Of a DNA stretch of 64,000 nt, positions 1-10,089 are shown piece after piece. The translations under genes were made by a program, and so were the position numbers. Source of the stretch: Eubacteriales bacterium (lineage in GTDB: Bacteria > Bacillota > Clostridia > Oscillospirales > CAG-272); assembly GCA_045654725.1 (NCBI GenBank), contig JAZONX010000042.1:33805-97804 (forward strand). Reading direction: 5' to 3'. The notes under the pieces were generated by a model that was not told the origin of the DNA, did no database searches, and saw only the letters and a list, made by a program, of their open reading frames with translations. Position 1 is the first letter of the stretch; every line of letters begins with the position of its first letter.

Positions 1-46
1 TGACGTGCTTTAACTCCGCGTTTAAACCGTGAGAAAGGAGATGCCT

Positions 47-808
47 ATGATAACTAAAAGAAGATTTATTCTATGGATAGCATCGACTATTTTTGTAGCA
101 ATCGAAGGTTATTTCTTTTATCTGATCCATATTGCGGATGCCAACACCGACCTTAATTTACACTACCTTTGTATCATAACCGCTGCGACATATTCCTGGC
201 TAACGCTTCTTATCGAGCTGTTTACTGCGAGAGAGAATAGCGAAAGTCCGCTAAAAATCCTCTTTAGCAAAACCGAAGGTAATCTGATTCGCATCGCAAT
301 GTTATTTACGCTTGTAGCCGATTATTATTTGGTGGGAATGACCGAGCCGGACAACTTTAAGGGCGTTGCTGTATTCCTTGGAACACAGCTATTTATTTTC
401 TTGCATATTTTTGCAAACGACCAAAGTTCAAAAACTCGTTTAGTGAACGTTTTAATACGTTTTTTGCTAACTATCGTTGTCATATCAGTGGCATATTTGA
501 TTTTAGGCGATATGATAGACCCCCTTGCAATCATTACTCTGATTTATTTTATAAACCTCTGTATCAATGCAATTTTTGCCCATCGAATTGGTCGCGGAGG
601 TATAGTTCTCACGGTTGGTTTGATACTCTTTGCACTGTGTGACGTCAACGTAGGACTCGCAGGTATTGAGGAAATGTACATCACTGAAATCAGCGAAGAC
701 TCTCTGCTCTACAATCTCATTCACACAGATGTAGATCTAATTTGGTTATTCTACATTCCCTCCCAGACCCTTATTCCACTGACTTTGTTGTTTACAAAAA
801 AGAAATGA
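47..808 (+). CDS. polytopic integral membrane protein, function unknown
   Basis: ORF 29..808 with about 7 hydrophobic segments. GGAG at 37-40 favours the ATG at 47 over the GTG at 29. A hairpin terminator follows. Confidence 0.6.
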   Translation: MITKRRFILWIASTIFVAIEGYFFYLIHIADANTDLNLHYLCIITAATYSWLTLLIELFTARENSESPLKILFSKTEGNLIRIAMLFTLVADYYLVGMTEPDNFKGVAVFLGTQLFIFLHIFANDQSSKTRLVNVLIRFLLTIVVISVAYLILGDMIDPLAIITLIYFINLCINAIFAHRIGRGGIVLTVGLILFALCDVNVGLAGIEEMYITEISEDSLLYNLIHTDVDLIWLFYIPSQTLIPLTLLFTKKK

Positions 809-810
809 GT

Positions 811-848
811 ATAAAAAATGGAACAGCTGAAACTGTTCCATTTTTTTA
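811..848. terminator. bidirectional intrinsic terminator shared by convergent genes
   Basis: Stem ATGGAACAG (818-826) / CTGTTCCAT (833-841), 6-nt loop, A-run before and T-run after. It overlaps the mnmA stop codon. Confidence 0.75.
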
Positions 849-1859
849 GTTTATAAAACCGCCAAGCATCACGATGCCGTCTTTGTATAGTACGGCTGAC
901 TGTCCGGGCGCAAATTTTTGCGGTTTTTCGAGATTAAGAGTCGCTCTGCCATCGGGGCAAAGATGCGCCATCACCTTGACAAGTGGCGCAGTATAGCGGA
1001 GCTTCACTTCAAGCTCAACGTCAATCTCCTCGGTGGGAGGAGTCATTCCCGAGTAAATAATTCCACTTATCTGAACAACACTCTCGCCTGCCATCTCGGT
1101 GGAGAGCGTTATGCGATTTGTTTCGGGGTCGATATTTGTCACAAACGCGCGAGCACCGAGAGCGATTCCAAGACCCTTGCGCTGACCGATCGTATAATGA
1201 ATAATTCCCTTGTGTCGACCGAGAATTTTTCCGTCCTCATCGACAAAATCCCCCTCGGGACATCTGCCAGCAACCGATTCAATATAATCGGTATAATTAC
1301 CTTCAGGAAGGAAGCAGATTTCCTGACTGTCCTCACGATTTGCCGCAGAAATGCCCTGCTCCTCCGCTATTGCTCTAATTTCGGATTTCTTACCGTCAGC
1401 GAGGGGAAAAACAAGTTTTGACAAAACGTCCTGACCTAAGCGATAAAGCATATACGTCTGGTCCTTTTTAATATCCTCAGGCATTGCGAGAGCATATCTT
1501 TCGCCTAGTCTGGTAATCTTTGCATAATGACCTGTCGCAATGGCATCAAAGCCATTCTTTATCGCAAAATCATAGAGTGTTGCAAACTTTACCAGTTTGT
1601 TACAGATGATGCAGGGATTGGGCGTTCTGCCGTTTACATATTCATTTACAAAGTTTTCCTTTATCTGACAGAAGGACTCTTGACAATCTATCTCGTGAAG
1701 CCTAATCCCTATCGACTCGGCAGCCTCACGCGCGGCACCAAGATCGGTATGCTCATGCATAATTAGGATAGCACCCTCGACAAAGTGGCCCTCGTCCATC
1801 AGCCTTTTAGCGGCAAATGCGCTATCCACACCACCACTAATTCCAACAAGAATTTTCAT
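846..1859 (-). CDS. mnmA: tRNA-specific 2-thiouridylase MnmA
   Basis: N-terminal PP-loop GISGGVDS, typical length of 337 aa, and position downstream of nifS-nifU. Confidence 0.9.
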   Translation of the reverse strand: MKILVGISGGVDSAFAAKRLMDEGHFVEGAILIMHEHTDLGAAREAAESIGIRLHEIDCQESFCQIKENFVNEYVNGRTPNPCIICNKLVKFATLYDFAIKNGFDAIATGHYAKITRLGERYALAMPEDIKKDQTYMLYRLGQDVLSKLVFPLADGKKSEIRAIAEEQGISAANREDSQEICFLPEGNYTDYIESVAGRCPEGDFVDEDGKILGRHKGIIHYTIGQRKGLGIALGARAFVTNIDPETNRITLSTEMAGESVVQISGIIYSGMTPPTEEIDVELEVKLRYTAPLVKVMAHLCPDGRATLNLEKPQKFAPGQSAVLYKDGIVMLGGFIN

Positions 1860-1876
1860 TTTTGTTTTCTCCGGTA

Positions 1877-1907
1877 AAAGGCAAAAATCCGCTAAAATGG
1901 CGGATTT
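1877..1907 (-). terminator. hairpin/terminator between nifU and mnmA
   Basis: Stem AAATCCGC (1885-1892) / GCGGATTT (1900-1907). On the minus strand it is followed by TTTTGCCTTTT. Confidence 0.55.
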
Positions 1908-1933
1908 TGCAAATAATTGTTGACCTTTTGCTA

Positions 1934-2353
1934 TTACTCCTCGTCGTCGTGAGCCTTTTCAATCTCAAAATCAACAGGTCTGCCGATTTTATTATAGTAG
2001 TCGGCAACTGCGGTCTTAATAGCTTCCTCTGCAAGCACAGAGCAATGTACCTTTACGGGAGGAAGTCCGTCGAGGGCCTCTACAACAACGCTATTAGTAA
2101 GCTTGAGAGCCTCCTCAATGGTATGTCCCTTAACAAGCTCAGTAGCCATAGAAGATGTTGCAATAGCAGCACCGCATCCAAAGGTCTTGAACTTGCAATC
2201 GGTGATTACATCATTCTCATCTATTTTGAGATACATTTTCATTATATCTCCGCACTTCGCGTTACCTACTACGCCAACGCCATCTGCATTTTCAATCTCA
2301 CCAACGTTTCTCGGATTGGTGAAATGATCCATTACCTTTTCACTGTATTTCAT
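1934..2353 (-). CDS. nifU: Fe-S cluster scaffold protein NifU/IscU type
   Basis: Motifs NPRNVG, GNAKCGD and FKTFGCGAAIA, which carry the three scaffold cysteines. 139 aa. Confidence 0.9.
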   Translation of the reverse strand: MKYSEKVMDHFTNPRNVGEIENADGVGVVGNAKCGDIMKMYLKIDENDVITDCKFKTFGCGAAIATSSMATELVKGHTIEEALKLTNSVVVEALDGLPPVKVHCSVLAEEAIKTAVADYYNKIGRPVDFEIEKAHDDEE

Positions 2354-2365
2354 CTTTTTTCCTCT

Positions 2366-3553
2366 TTAATTATTTACTGCTTCTTTTTTCATTACTTCCT
2401 CCCAGAGGGGACTCATATTTCTGAGTCTTTCAACCACAGGAGCAACGTTTTCTATAATATAGTCTATATCCTCATCGCTTGTATCCTTCGAGATAGAAAG
2501 ACGAAGCGAACCATGTGCCTTCTCGTGAGGAACACCAATTGCAAGGAGAACGTGCGAAGCATCAAGAGATGCCGACGAGCAAGCCGAGCCGGTGGATGCG
2601 CAGATGCCCATCATATCAAGCCACATAAGCATGCTCTCACCCTCAATAAACTCAAAACCGATATTCACCAGACCGGGCAAACGCTTTGTTCTGTGTCCGT
2701 TGAGTGAGGAATAAGGAATCTTTGTAAGCTCATCGATAAGTCTGTCGCGCTTTCGTTCAATTTCGGGAATATACTTGAGATTTTCCTTTGCAATCTCGAG
2801 GGCCTTTGCAAGTCCAACGATGTAAGGTAGGTTCTCTGTTCCGCCTCTCTTACGTTTTTCCTGACCGCCACCCTCAATAAGGTTTTTGATAACCACTCCC
2901 TTACGAATAAAGAGCAGTCCGATACCCTTTGGTGCGTGAAGTTTGTGACCGGAAAGCGCAAGCATATCGACCTTCACTCTTGAGAGATCAATGTCCATAT
3001 TTCCAACAGCCTGCACGGCATCGGTGAACACCAGAGCCCCCTTTGCATGAGCAATCTCAACGATCTCCTCAATAGGCTCGATAGTACCAATTTCGTTGTT
3101 TGCATACATAATTGCAACCAAGCCTGTCTTTTCGGTAACAAGAGAGCGAAGCTCATCAAGATCAACAATACCGTCAGAATCAACTCCAACATAGCTAACC
3201 TCGAAGCCCTCCTTCTCAAGCGCCTCGCAGGTGTGAAGAACCGCGTGATGCTCAATTTTGCTAGTTACGATGTGAGTTCTTCCCTTCGCTTTCATGCGCA
3301 TCGCAGCACCGCGAATCGCCCAGTTATCCGATTCCGTACCGCAAGAGGTGAAGTAAATCTCACCGGCAGAGCAGCCGAGAACGGCAGCAATACGCTCACG
3401 AGCGTCGTCAAGAATGTCCTTCGCCTCAATACCCTTTGAATGAGGGCTGGATGGATTGCCCCAATCGGATTCGAAGCATGGAAGCATTGCATCTATAACT
3501 TCGCGGCTTACAGGTGTGGTAGCCGCATTATCTGCATAAACAAATCTTTTCAA
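2366..3553 (-). CDS. nifS: cysteine desulfurase NifS/IscS type
   Basis: Class V aminotransferase pattern, PLP-lysine motif [10 protein letters not shown], and active-site loop STGSACSS. Confidence 0.9.
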   Translation of the reverse strand: MKRFVYADNAATTPVSREVIDAMLPCFESDWGNPSSPHSKGIEAKDILDDARERIAAVLGCSAGEIYFTSCGTESDNWAIRGAAMRMKAKGRTHIVTSKIEHHAVLHTCEALEKEGFEVSYVGVDSDGIVDLDELRSLVTEKTGLVAIMYANNEIGTIEPIEEIVEIAHAKGALVFTDAVQAVGNMDIDLSRVKVDMLALSGHKLHAPKGIGLLFIRKGVVIKNLIEGGGQEKRKRGGTENLPYIVGLAKALEIAKENLKYIPEIERKRDRLIDELTKIPYSSLNGHRTKRLPGLVNIGFEFIEGESMLMWLDMMGICASTGSACSSASLDASHVLLAIGVPHEKAHGSLRLSISKDTSDEDIDYIIENVAPVVERLRNMSPLWEEVMKKEAVNN

Positions 3554-3711
3554 GATAGGTGAAAATCCTTTCTTTTTCTACACTTTATTTTACCGTAGTT
3601 ATTGTATACCATTTTTGTGGATATTTCAATATATTTACACAATATAAATGTTAATTTTTTATGAACAAAACTGCAAAAGTACACCGAATAACAAAAAAAG
3701 CCACTTAAGGC

Positions 3712-3740
3712 TTGACAACCGTAGGTAAAATATTTATAAT
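3712..3740 (+). promoter_or_regulatory. sigmaA-type promoter for the glucokinase gene
   Basis: TTGACA (3712-3717), 17-bp spacer, TATAAT (3735-3740). It lies 34 nt upstream of the ATG at 3774, which has a GGAGG RBS. Confidence 0.7.
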
Positions 3741-3773
3741 TTATATGGTATAAAAACCTTTTGGAGGAATATT

Positions 3774-4736
3774 ATGTTTACAATAGGCATTGATCTTGGC
3801 GGAACGAATATCAAAGCGGGACTTTGTGACGCATCGCTTAATATAATTGACAAGGATTCCATCCCCACCCTTGCCAACCGTCCCGGTGAGGAAATTGTTC
3901 GCGATATGGCGGCACTTGCAGAAAAGATTATCGAAAGAAACAATCTTAAGATTTCCGACATCGAGTACGTTGGTATCGCAACGCCCGGCGCGGTGAATAC
4001 AAAGAATGGATGTGTTGAGTATGCTAATAACCTTCCCTTCAAGAACTTCCACCTCGCGGATATTTTTAAGAAATATCTTGCGGTAGAGCGTGTGTATCTT
4101 GCAAACGATGCTAACGCCGCTGCTCTTGGCGAATCGCTCACAGGCGCGGCAAGAGGAAGCAAGAATTCTATCATGGTAACTCTCGGAACAGGTGTTGGCG
4201 GAGGTATCATTCTTAACGGAAAGATTTTCTCCGGCGGACTTAACGACTCAGGCGCAGAGCTTGGCCACATGGTTATTCGCGCGGGTGGCAGACCCTGCTC
4301 CTGCGGTAGACTCGGCTGCTGGGAAGCATATTGCTCGGCATCAGCTCTCACCGATATGACCAAAGCAAAAATGCGTGAGCTCAAAATAAAGGGAGTTCCC
4401 TCCCTTCTCTTCGACTCTGCCGACCGCGAGGGCAAAGTCAGCGCGCGAACAGCCTTCAACGCAAAGGTTCGAGGCGATAAGCACGCAGAGGAGCTCGTGA
4501 ACGAGTACATATTCAACCTCGCAGTGGGCATTACCAATCTCATCAACACCTTCCAGCCAGAAATCATTTGTATCGGTGGCGGAGTTTCCAATGAAAAGAG
4601 TGGTCTTGTAGAGCCTATTTCGGCTATCGTATCAACCGAGCAGTACACAAGACATAACGAGAAAAAGACGCAGATCAAAATTGCTACGCTGGGCAATAAC
4701 GCAGGTATCGTTGGCGCAGCCGGACTTGGCAGATAA
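3774..4736 (+). CDS. glcK: ROK-family glucokinase
   Basis: N-terminal GIDLGGTN ATP-binding motif and ROK zinc motif CSCGRLGCWE. Confidence 0.85.
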   Translation: MFTIGIDLGGTNIKAGLCDASLNIIDKDSIPTLANRPGEEIVRDMAALAEKIIERNNLKISDIEYVGIATPGAVNTKNGCVEYANNLPFKNFHLADIFKKYLAVERVYLANDANAAALGESLTGAARGSKNSIMVTLGTGVGGGIILNGKIFSGGLNDSGAELGHMVIRAGGRPCSCGRLGCWEAYCSASALTDMTKAKMRELKIKGVPSLLFDSADREGKVSARTAFNAKVRGDKHAEELVNEYIFNLAVGITNLINTFQPEIICIGGGVSNEKSGLVEPISAIVSTEQYTRHNEKKTQIKIATLGNNAGIVGAAGLGR

Positions 4737-4762
4737 TATAATAAAACAAAGAAAAACAATAT

Positions 4763-4806
4763 AAAAAGCGAGAAAACCGTGAAATATCGGAAATCTCGCT
4801 TTTTTG
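4763..4806. terminator. bidirectional terminator between glucokinase and ABC exporter genes
   Basis: Stem GCGAGA (4768-4773) / TCTCGC (4794-4799), flanked by an A-run and a T-run (4800-4806). The loop is long. Confidence 0.55.
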
Positions 4807-4808
4807 TT

Positions 4809-6740
4809 TTATTTTTCGGAAGAAATATACTTTTCCGCCTGCGTAGTGAAGAGTCGGTGATATTCACCGCCATGATTCATAAGCTCGGCGTGAGTGCCTA
4901 TCTCAATTATTTCACCGTCGCTGATAACAACAATCTTGCTAGCGTTCACCGCACCCGAAAGTCGGTGCGAAACGAATACGGTAAGTCTGCCCGCAGAAAG
5001 CTCAGCAAACCTTCTGAATACCTCACCCTCGGCAATCGCATCAAGCGAAGCGGTAGGCTCGTCAAGAATGAGAATATCTGAGTCCTTGTAAAAGGCTCTC
5101 GCAACCGAAAGCTTCTGCCACTGTCCTCCGGAAAGCTCAATTCCGTCCTCCTCAAAGAGGCGGGTAAGGGGTGTATCGTAACGGTGAGAAAGCTTTTCGA
5201 TAAATTCGTCGGCATTTCCCTGCCTTGCGGCAAGCTCGATGCGATCTCTGTCCTCGGAAATTTCGGCATCACCGAAGCGAATATTCTCGGCAACCGTTTC
5301 GGCATATCTGCCGAAGTCCTGGAAGACGATACCAAATAGGTCGTAAAGCTTTTCGGGAGCATAATTTCTTATATCCTCTCCGTCAAGGAGAATTGTGCCC
5401 TCGGTGGGATCATAGAGTCTTGTCAAAAGCTTGATAAAGGTGGTTTTTCCCGCGCCGTTAAGTCCTACGAGAACAACCGAGTCATCAGGCTCAAGCGTAA
5501 CGTTTATGTTCTTGAGAACATATCTCTCTGTACCGGGATAGCGGAATGATACGTTTCTGAACTCGATTTTATGAGGTACCCCCTTCTTCGGAATGAGTGG
5601 TGTTTCGGAGCTTGCGATAACCGTCGGCTCCTCCTTCATAAAGTCGATCATATTGTTAATAAAGAGCGTGCCCTCGTAAATAGTCGCGGTGGCGGTCAAG
5701 AGGGTTGTAACATATCCTGTAATAGATGTAAGCGCGCCCGTGTAGAGCGAGTAGTCACCAATTTTTCCGCCGTGATAAACCACGTTATACGCAACGTATA
5801 TGAATAGAGCACAGCTGACGAGCGTAGAAACAAGGCCAACAAGAAGCTGTGATGCTCCCTCTTTGAGGATAAGCTTCTTTAATCCGTCATAATACTTCTT
5901 GAACACCTTCTTATACTTATCAATAAAGGTGTCTGCAAGGCCGAGAAGCTTAACCTCCTTCGCCATATCCTTGTTGATCATAACCTCGGAGTAATATGTC
6001 ATCTGCCTTCTCTCTTTTGAGTGACGACGAATATAGTAGAAATTCTTACGCCTATACATATAATTGATAGCAGCGCCCGGGAAAGCGGCAACCAAAATAA
6101 TAAGTGGCGCAAATGGGCTAAGCCCTGCTAGAACGACAACGAAGGACACCGCGCTGATACAAGCGCTGATTACATTGAAGGTCGCGTGAAGTATCTGAAT
6201 AGGACGCATACCCGCCTCGCGGTTAGCGTTCTCCAGCTTCTCGTAAAAGCCCGGTCGGTCAAAGGATGCAAGGTCTACCGTCTTCGCCTTGCTGATAATC
6301 TTCAGCTTGATATGGTTTACCACAAGCTCACCCGTAATGTTGGTTACCATAGTGTTGAGTCTTACCATCAGCTTTTTCAGCAAGAGATAGACGAAAAATC
6401 CAAGAAATAGGAATAAAAGCGGACTGAGGGTAGCAAAAACGTCGTTGCTTACCTGCCCTAGGTCAGCCTTACCTATAAGCTTGGCAACCTCGTTAAGAAG
6501 CTCCGCAGAGAAGAATGCTCCGACAACCGGCAAAACACCGTCGAGTATGCATAACAGGATCATAGCTACGAGCATACCGGGTGCTGCCTCTCTTACGAGA
6601 GAAACTATGTAAAAGAGTCGGGTGAAGAAGCCCGACACAAGCTTCTTAAGGTAGCTCGGAATCTCGCGCAGAGATTTAGGCTTTTCAATGCCGTCGTCCT
6701 GTTTTTTGACAGGTCTTGGAGACATGTTTATTCCACTCAT
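4809..6740 (-). CDS. fused permease/ATPase ABC exporter (multidrug/lipid exporter type)
   Basis: N-terminal 6-TM region, Walker A GLNGAGKTT, signature LSGGQWQK, Walker B ILILDEP. The ATG at 6740 has an AAAGGAAG RBS; the ORF-track start at 6749 is a GTG. Confidence 0.85.
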   Translation of the reverse strand: MSGINMSPRPVKKQDDGIEKPKSLREIPSYLKKLVSGFFTRLFYIVSLVREAAPGMLVAMILLCILDGVLPVVGAFFSAELLNEVAKLIGKADLGQVSNDVFATLSPLLFLFLGFFVYLLLKKLMVRLNTMVTNITGELVVNHIKLKIISKAKTVDLASFDRPGFYEKLENANREAGMRPIQILHATFNVISACISAVSFVVVLAGLSPFAPLIILVAAFPGAAINYMYRRKNFYYIRRHSKERRQMTYYSEVMINKDMAKEVKLLGLADTFIDKYKKVFKKYYDGLKKLILKEGASQLLVGLVSTLVSCALFIYVAYNVVYHGGKIGDYSLYTGALTSITGYVTTLLTATATIYEGTLFINNMIDFMKEEPTVIASSETPLIPKKGVPHKIEFRNVSFRYPGTERYVLKNINVTLEPDDSVVLVGLNGAGKTTFIKLLTRLYDPTEGTILLDGEDIRNYAPEKLYDLFGIVFQDFGRYAETVAENIRFGDAEISEDRDRIELAARQGNADEFIEKLSHRYDTPLTRLFEEDGIELSGGQWQKLSVARAFYKDSDILILDEPTASLDAIAEGEVFRRFAELSAGRLTVFVSHRLSGAVNASKIVVISDGEIIEIGTHAELMNHGGEYHRLFTTQAEKYISSEK

Positions 6741-6897
6741 ACAGGCCACTTCCTTTCGTTTTTTCTTTCAACTAATAATTTTAGCATAAAATATAGTAAA
6801 TTTCAATCTTTTTTATTATTTTTGTCCTTATTTTGCCCGTTTGTGGTAAAATCGTCAAAAAAATTGCGCGAAAATTCATATTTTTTATCAAAAAAAG

Positions 6898-6926
6898 TTG
6901 ATTATTATTTAACAATGTGATATAAT
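6898..6926 (+). promoter_or_regulatory. sigmaA-type promoter (TG-extended -10) for the LbH-glmM pair
   Basis: TTGATT (6898-6903), 17-bp spacer ending in TGA, TATAAT (6921-6926). Confidence 0.65.
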
Positions 6927-6959
6927 TTATAATTAGACTAGTGCCGAAAGGAAACAACC

Positions 6960-7622
6960 ATGGCTAACATTCCAAAAACGAGAGAGCTCTTTGACCTCGC
7001 ACACACGATTGCAGCAGAGATGCTTAGCGAGTGCGAATATCCTCACGAGGCTCTTCCAAAAATAAAGGATTTCATAAAGGAATACTCCGGAAGGCTTGAC
7101 GATTCGTATACCGAAATCTCGGAGGGCGTCTTTGTAGCAAATGACGCAAAAGTGTGGGAACACACCACAATCGTCGGACCCACAATCATCTGTCACGGTG
7201 CTGAAATTCGTCCGGGCGCGTTCATTCGTGGAAGCGTCATCGTTGGTGAAGGTGCAGTTATCGGCAACTCCACCGAGCTGAAGAATTGTATCGTCTTCGA
7301 CAAGGCACAGCTTCCTCATTACAACTACGTTGGTGACAGTATTATCGGCTTTAAATCCCACCTTGGCGCAGGTGCCATCGCATCAAATCTTCGTCTTGAC
7401 AACAAGGCGGTTGTACTTGGATGTGGTGATGACAGAATGGATTCCGGCCTCCGTAAGGTTGGTACCTTCCTCGGCGACCACGCAGAGGCAGGATGCGGAT
7501 GCGTTCTCTGCCCCGGCACAATTATCGGTCGTAACTCGGCGGTTTATCCCCTCGTTTCGGTTAAAGGTATTATCCCTGAGGACTCGGTGTACGACGGCAA
7601 GGTAATCAAGAAGAAGCACTGA
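6960..7622 (+). CDS. stand-alone left-handed beta-helix (hexapeptide-repeat) transferase, GlmU C-terminal-domain-like
   Basis: Imperfect hexapeptide repeats (IGPTIICHGAEIRPGAFIRGSVIVGEGAVIGNS...). No nucleotidyltransferase domain. Sits 19 nt upstream of glmM. Confidence 0.6.
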   Translation: MANIPKTRELFDLAHTIAAEMLSECEYPHEALPKIKDFIKEYSGRLDDSYTEISEGVFVANDAKVWEHTTIVGPTIICHGAEIRPGAFIRGSVIVGEGAVIGNSTELKNCIVFDKAQLPHYNYVGDSIIGFKSHLGAGAIASNLRLDNKAVVLGCGDDRMDSGLRKVGTFLGDHAEAGCGCVLCPGTIIGRNSAVYPLVSVKGIIPEDSVYDGKVIKKKH

Positions 7623-7641
7623 AAGGATTTTTAGATCATAT

Positions 7642-8985
7642 ATGGGAAGATTATTCGGAACAGACGGAATCAGAGGTGTCGCGGGCAAGGAGCTCACGCT
7701 GGAGCTTGCAAGAAACGTGGGCTGCGCTTTGATCAACGTTCTTAAGAATACAAACAAAAAGAAGATCGTCATCGGAATGGATACGAGAGAATCCTCCGTG
7801 GCTCTCGCGAACGCAATCGCAGAGGGCATCTGCCTTCTCGGTGCCGACGCACACATTGTTGGGGTTTGCTCTACTCCCGCTGTGGCATATCTCGTAAAGA
7901 AGCATTCCTTCGATGCTGGCGTTATGATTTCCGCATCACACAACCCCTTCGAATATAATGGCATCAAGATCTTTGGCTCGGACGGTTTCAAACTCTCGGA
8001 CGCTCTTGAGGATGAGATCGAATCGCATATCGGCAAGAGCACTTGCCCAACCGAGCTTGGAAAGGTATATAATTTCGAGAATGGACGCGAGGAATACATA
8101 GACTATATCAAGAATTGCTTCGGCATCTCGCTTGATGGTCTTCGCATTGCGATCGACTGTGCCAACGGCTCGGCATCCTCCACCGCAGAGCAGATTTTCG
8201 CTTTTCTCGGTGCAGACTGTCATATTTTCGCAAACACTCCCGACGGTCGCAATATAAACGAAAACTGCGGTTCTACACATCTCGATAACCTAAAAAATAC
8301 CGTTGTTGAGGGCAAATTTGACCTTGGTATCGCCTTCGACGGTGATGCAGACAGATGCCTTGCGATAGACGATAGCGGACGTGAGATCGACGGTGATTTC
8401 ATCATGGCAATTCTCGCGATCTGGCTCAGAGAAAGCGGGAAGCTCGCCTACGACACTGTTGTCGGCACTGTTATGAGCAACCTCGGCTTCGTAAAATTCT
8501 GCGAGGCAAACGGCTTCAAGTTTATCGCCACAAAGGTTGGCGACAGATACGTTCTAGAGTGCATGAACGAGCACGGATATAGCCTCGGTGGTGAGCAGTC
8601 GGGACATCTTATTCTGAACGAGCTTGCTACAACCGGTGACGGTCAGCTTACTGCTCTTGCCCTGCTCTCGCGTATAAAAGAAAGTGGCAAGAGTCTTTCG
8701 ACCCTCGCCGACGTTATGAAACAATATCCTCAGTATATGGTAAACGTCTACGCTGACAGCGTGGATAAGGCAGCCTTCGGTACGGACTCTGTAATTAAAG
8801 AGCTTATTGCCAAGGCAGAAGAAAGCCTGAAGGGTAACGGCAGGCTTCTCATTCGTCCCTCCGGCACAGAACATCTCATTAGAGTTATGGCAGAGGGCGA
8901 GAGCACTGAAGCAATAAAATCTCTCTGCGACAATCTCGCCGCAAAGATCTCCGCAAGACTTGCCGAATTAAAGGCTACCGTGTGA
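7642..8985 (+). CDS. glmM: phosphoglucosamine mutase
   Basis: N-terminal FGTDGIRG, active-site SASHNP, metal loop FDGDADR, and GEQSGH. Confidence 0.92.
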   Translation: MGRLFGTDGIRGVAGKELTLELARNVGCALINVLKNTNKKKIVIGMDTRESSVALANAIAEGICLLGADAHIVGVCSTPAVAYLVKKHSFDAGVMISASHNPFEYNGIKIFGSDGFKLSDALEDEIESHIGKSTCPTELGKVYNFENGREEYIDYIKNCFGISLDGLRIAIDCANGSASSTAEQIFAFLGADCHIFANTPDGRNINENCGSTHLDNLKNTVVEGKFDLGIAFDGDADRCLAIDDSGREIDGDFIMAILAIWLRESGKLAYDTVVGTVMSNLGFVKFCEANGFKFIATKVGDRYVLECMNEHGYSLGGEQSGHLILNELATTGDGQLTALALLSRIKESGKSLSTLADVMKQYPQYMVNVYADSVDKAAFGTDSVIKELIAKAEESLKGNGRLLIRPSGTEHLIRVMAEGESTEAIKSLCDNLAAKISARLAELKATV

Positions 8986-9456
8986 GAGAAGGATTCCCTT
9001 ATCGGTGATATTTATAATCCCGTAGGTGGCTGAATATCCACCTATGCTTCCTGGGTTAAACAGATAAAAACCACCTTCATCTGTAGAAATATATTTTTCA
9101 AGCGGCTGATGAGTGTGACCGAAGAGAACTATGTCCGCGCTTGTGTCATAGGCAAGCTTCTTAACCCCATCAAGTCCATATTTTACTCCATAAAGGTCGC
9201 CGTGCGTGAAAACTATACGGCGGCCTTCAATATTTATAGTGTCCATCTTCTTTACCAAGCTGTCACCAAGCGTAAATTCACGATCGCAATTTCCTCTGAC
9301 AGCAAGAAATGCTCGGCTTTTATCTCTGATAAATATCTCGATATCCGAAAGACCGTCACCGAGGAAGAACACAACCTCGGCATCTCGATGCATATCTAGA
9401 GCGCGCTTAATTGCAAGCGTACTGCCATGCGAGTCAGAAAAACACAGACATTTCAT
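8968..9456 (-). CDS. YfcE/MJ0936-family metallophosphoesterase
   Basis: MKCLCFSDSHG, GDG, GNCD and FGHTH metallophosphoesterase motifs. The start is trimmed to the ATG at 9456. The 3' end overlaps glmM by 18 bp (convergent). Confidence 0.8.
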   Translation of the reverse strand: MKCLCFSDSHGSTLAIKRALDMHRDAEVVFFLGDGLSDIEIFIRDKSRAFLAVRGNCDREFTLGDSLVKKMDTINIEGRRIVFTHGDLYGVKYGLDGVKKLAYDTSADIVLFGHTHQPLEKYISTDEGGFYLFNPGSIGGYSATYGIINITDKGILLSHGSL

Positions 9457-9517
9457 AATAAGTAACCTTTCGGAGTTAGCTTCATATAATTCTAATAGCA
9501 ATTAAAGGAGGAATTAT

Positions 9518-9736
9518 ATGAGATTTGACAAAAGACAGCTTGAAGCCCTGGCGGCGCTTCCCGACGATGAGCTCTGGAGGGAGGTTGTAAAAATAGCTTC
9601 AAGCTATGGTTATAGCCTTCCAACCACCACGCCAAGCCACGAGAATTTAGAAAAAATGCGCTCGGTTGTGCGCGAGCAGAAAATCAATCCGTCAGAGGCG
9701 ATAAGGCTCCTTAATCAGTACAAAAAGGGCAGATAG
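9518..9736 (+). CDS. small hypothetical protein (72 aa), first of a coupled triad
   Basis: Strong RBS AAGGAGG 7 nt before the ATG. Helical and charged, with no recognisable motif. Confidence 0.55.
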   Translation: MRFDKRQLEALAALPDDELWREVVKIASSYGYSLPTTTPSHENLEKMRSVVREQKINPSEAIRLLNQYKKGR

Positions 9737-9745
9737 GAGGACAAT

Positions 9746-10084
9746 GTGAGCGATCAGGAAAGCTTAGATATTAGCAAGGTTGTCAGCTTGATTATGGAAA
9801 ACCCTGCTCTCATAGAGCAAATTAGCAATCTAGCAAAAACGAGCAAAGGGGATGCAGAAAGTCAACCCGAGGCGCAGGCAGAGGTATCACAAATTCCGAC
9901 ACCCCCAATAGAAATGACCGAACCAACGATCGGCAGTCCTACATACAGTAGTGGATCGTTTCAAAGAAGCAATCGTGCGCAGCTGCTTGGCGCATTGAAG
10001 CCATACGTTTCGAAGGAACGGGCGCGGGCGATAGATTCTATGATCTCGATAGCCGACGTACTGGACATGATGAAAACGAGGTAG
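9746..10084 (+). CDS. small hypothetical protein (112 aa), second of triad
   Basis: GTG start with an AGGAGG RBS, 9 nt after the previous stop. Has a low-complexity middle and a conserved-looking C-terminus LLGALKPYVSKERARAIDSMISI. Confidence 0.55.
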   Translation: MSDQESLDISKVVSLIMENPALIEQISNLAKTSKGDAESQPEAQAEVSQIPTPPIEMTEPTIGSPTYSSGSFQRSNRAQLLGALKPYVSKERARAIDSMISIADVLDMMKTR

Positions 10085-10089
10085 CGGTT

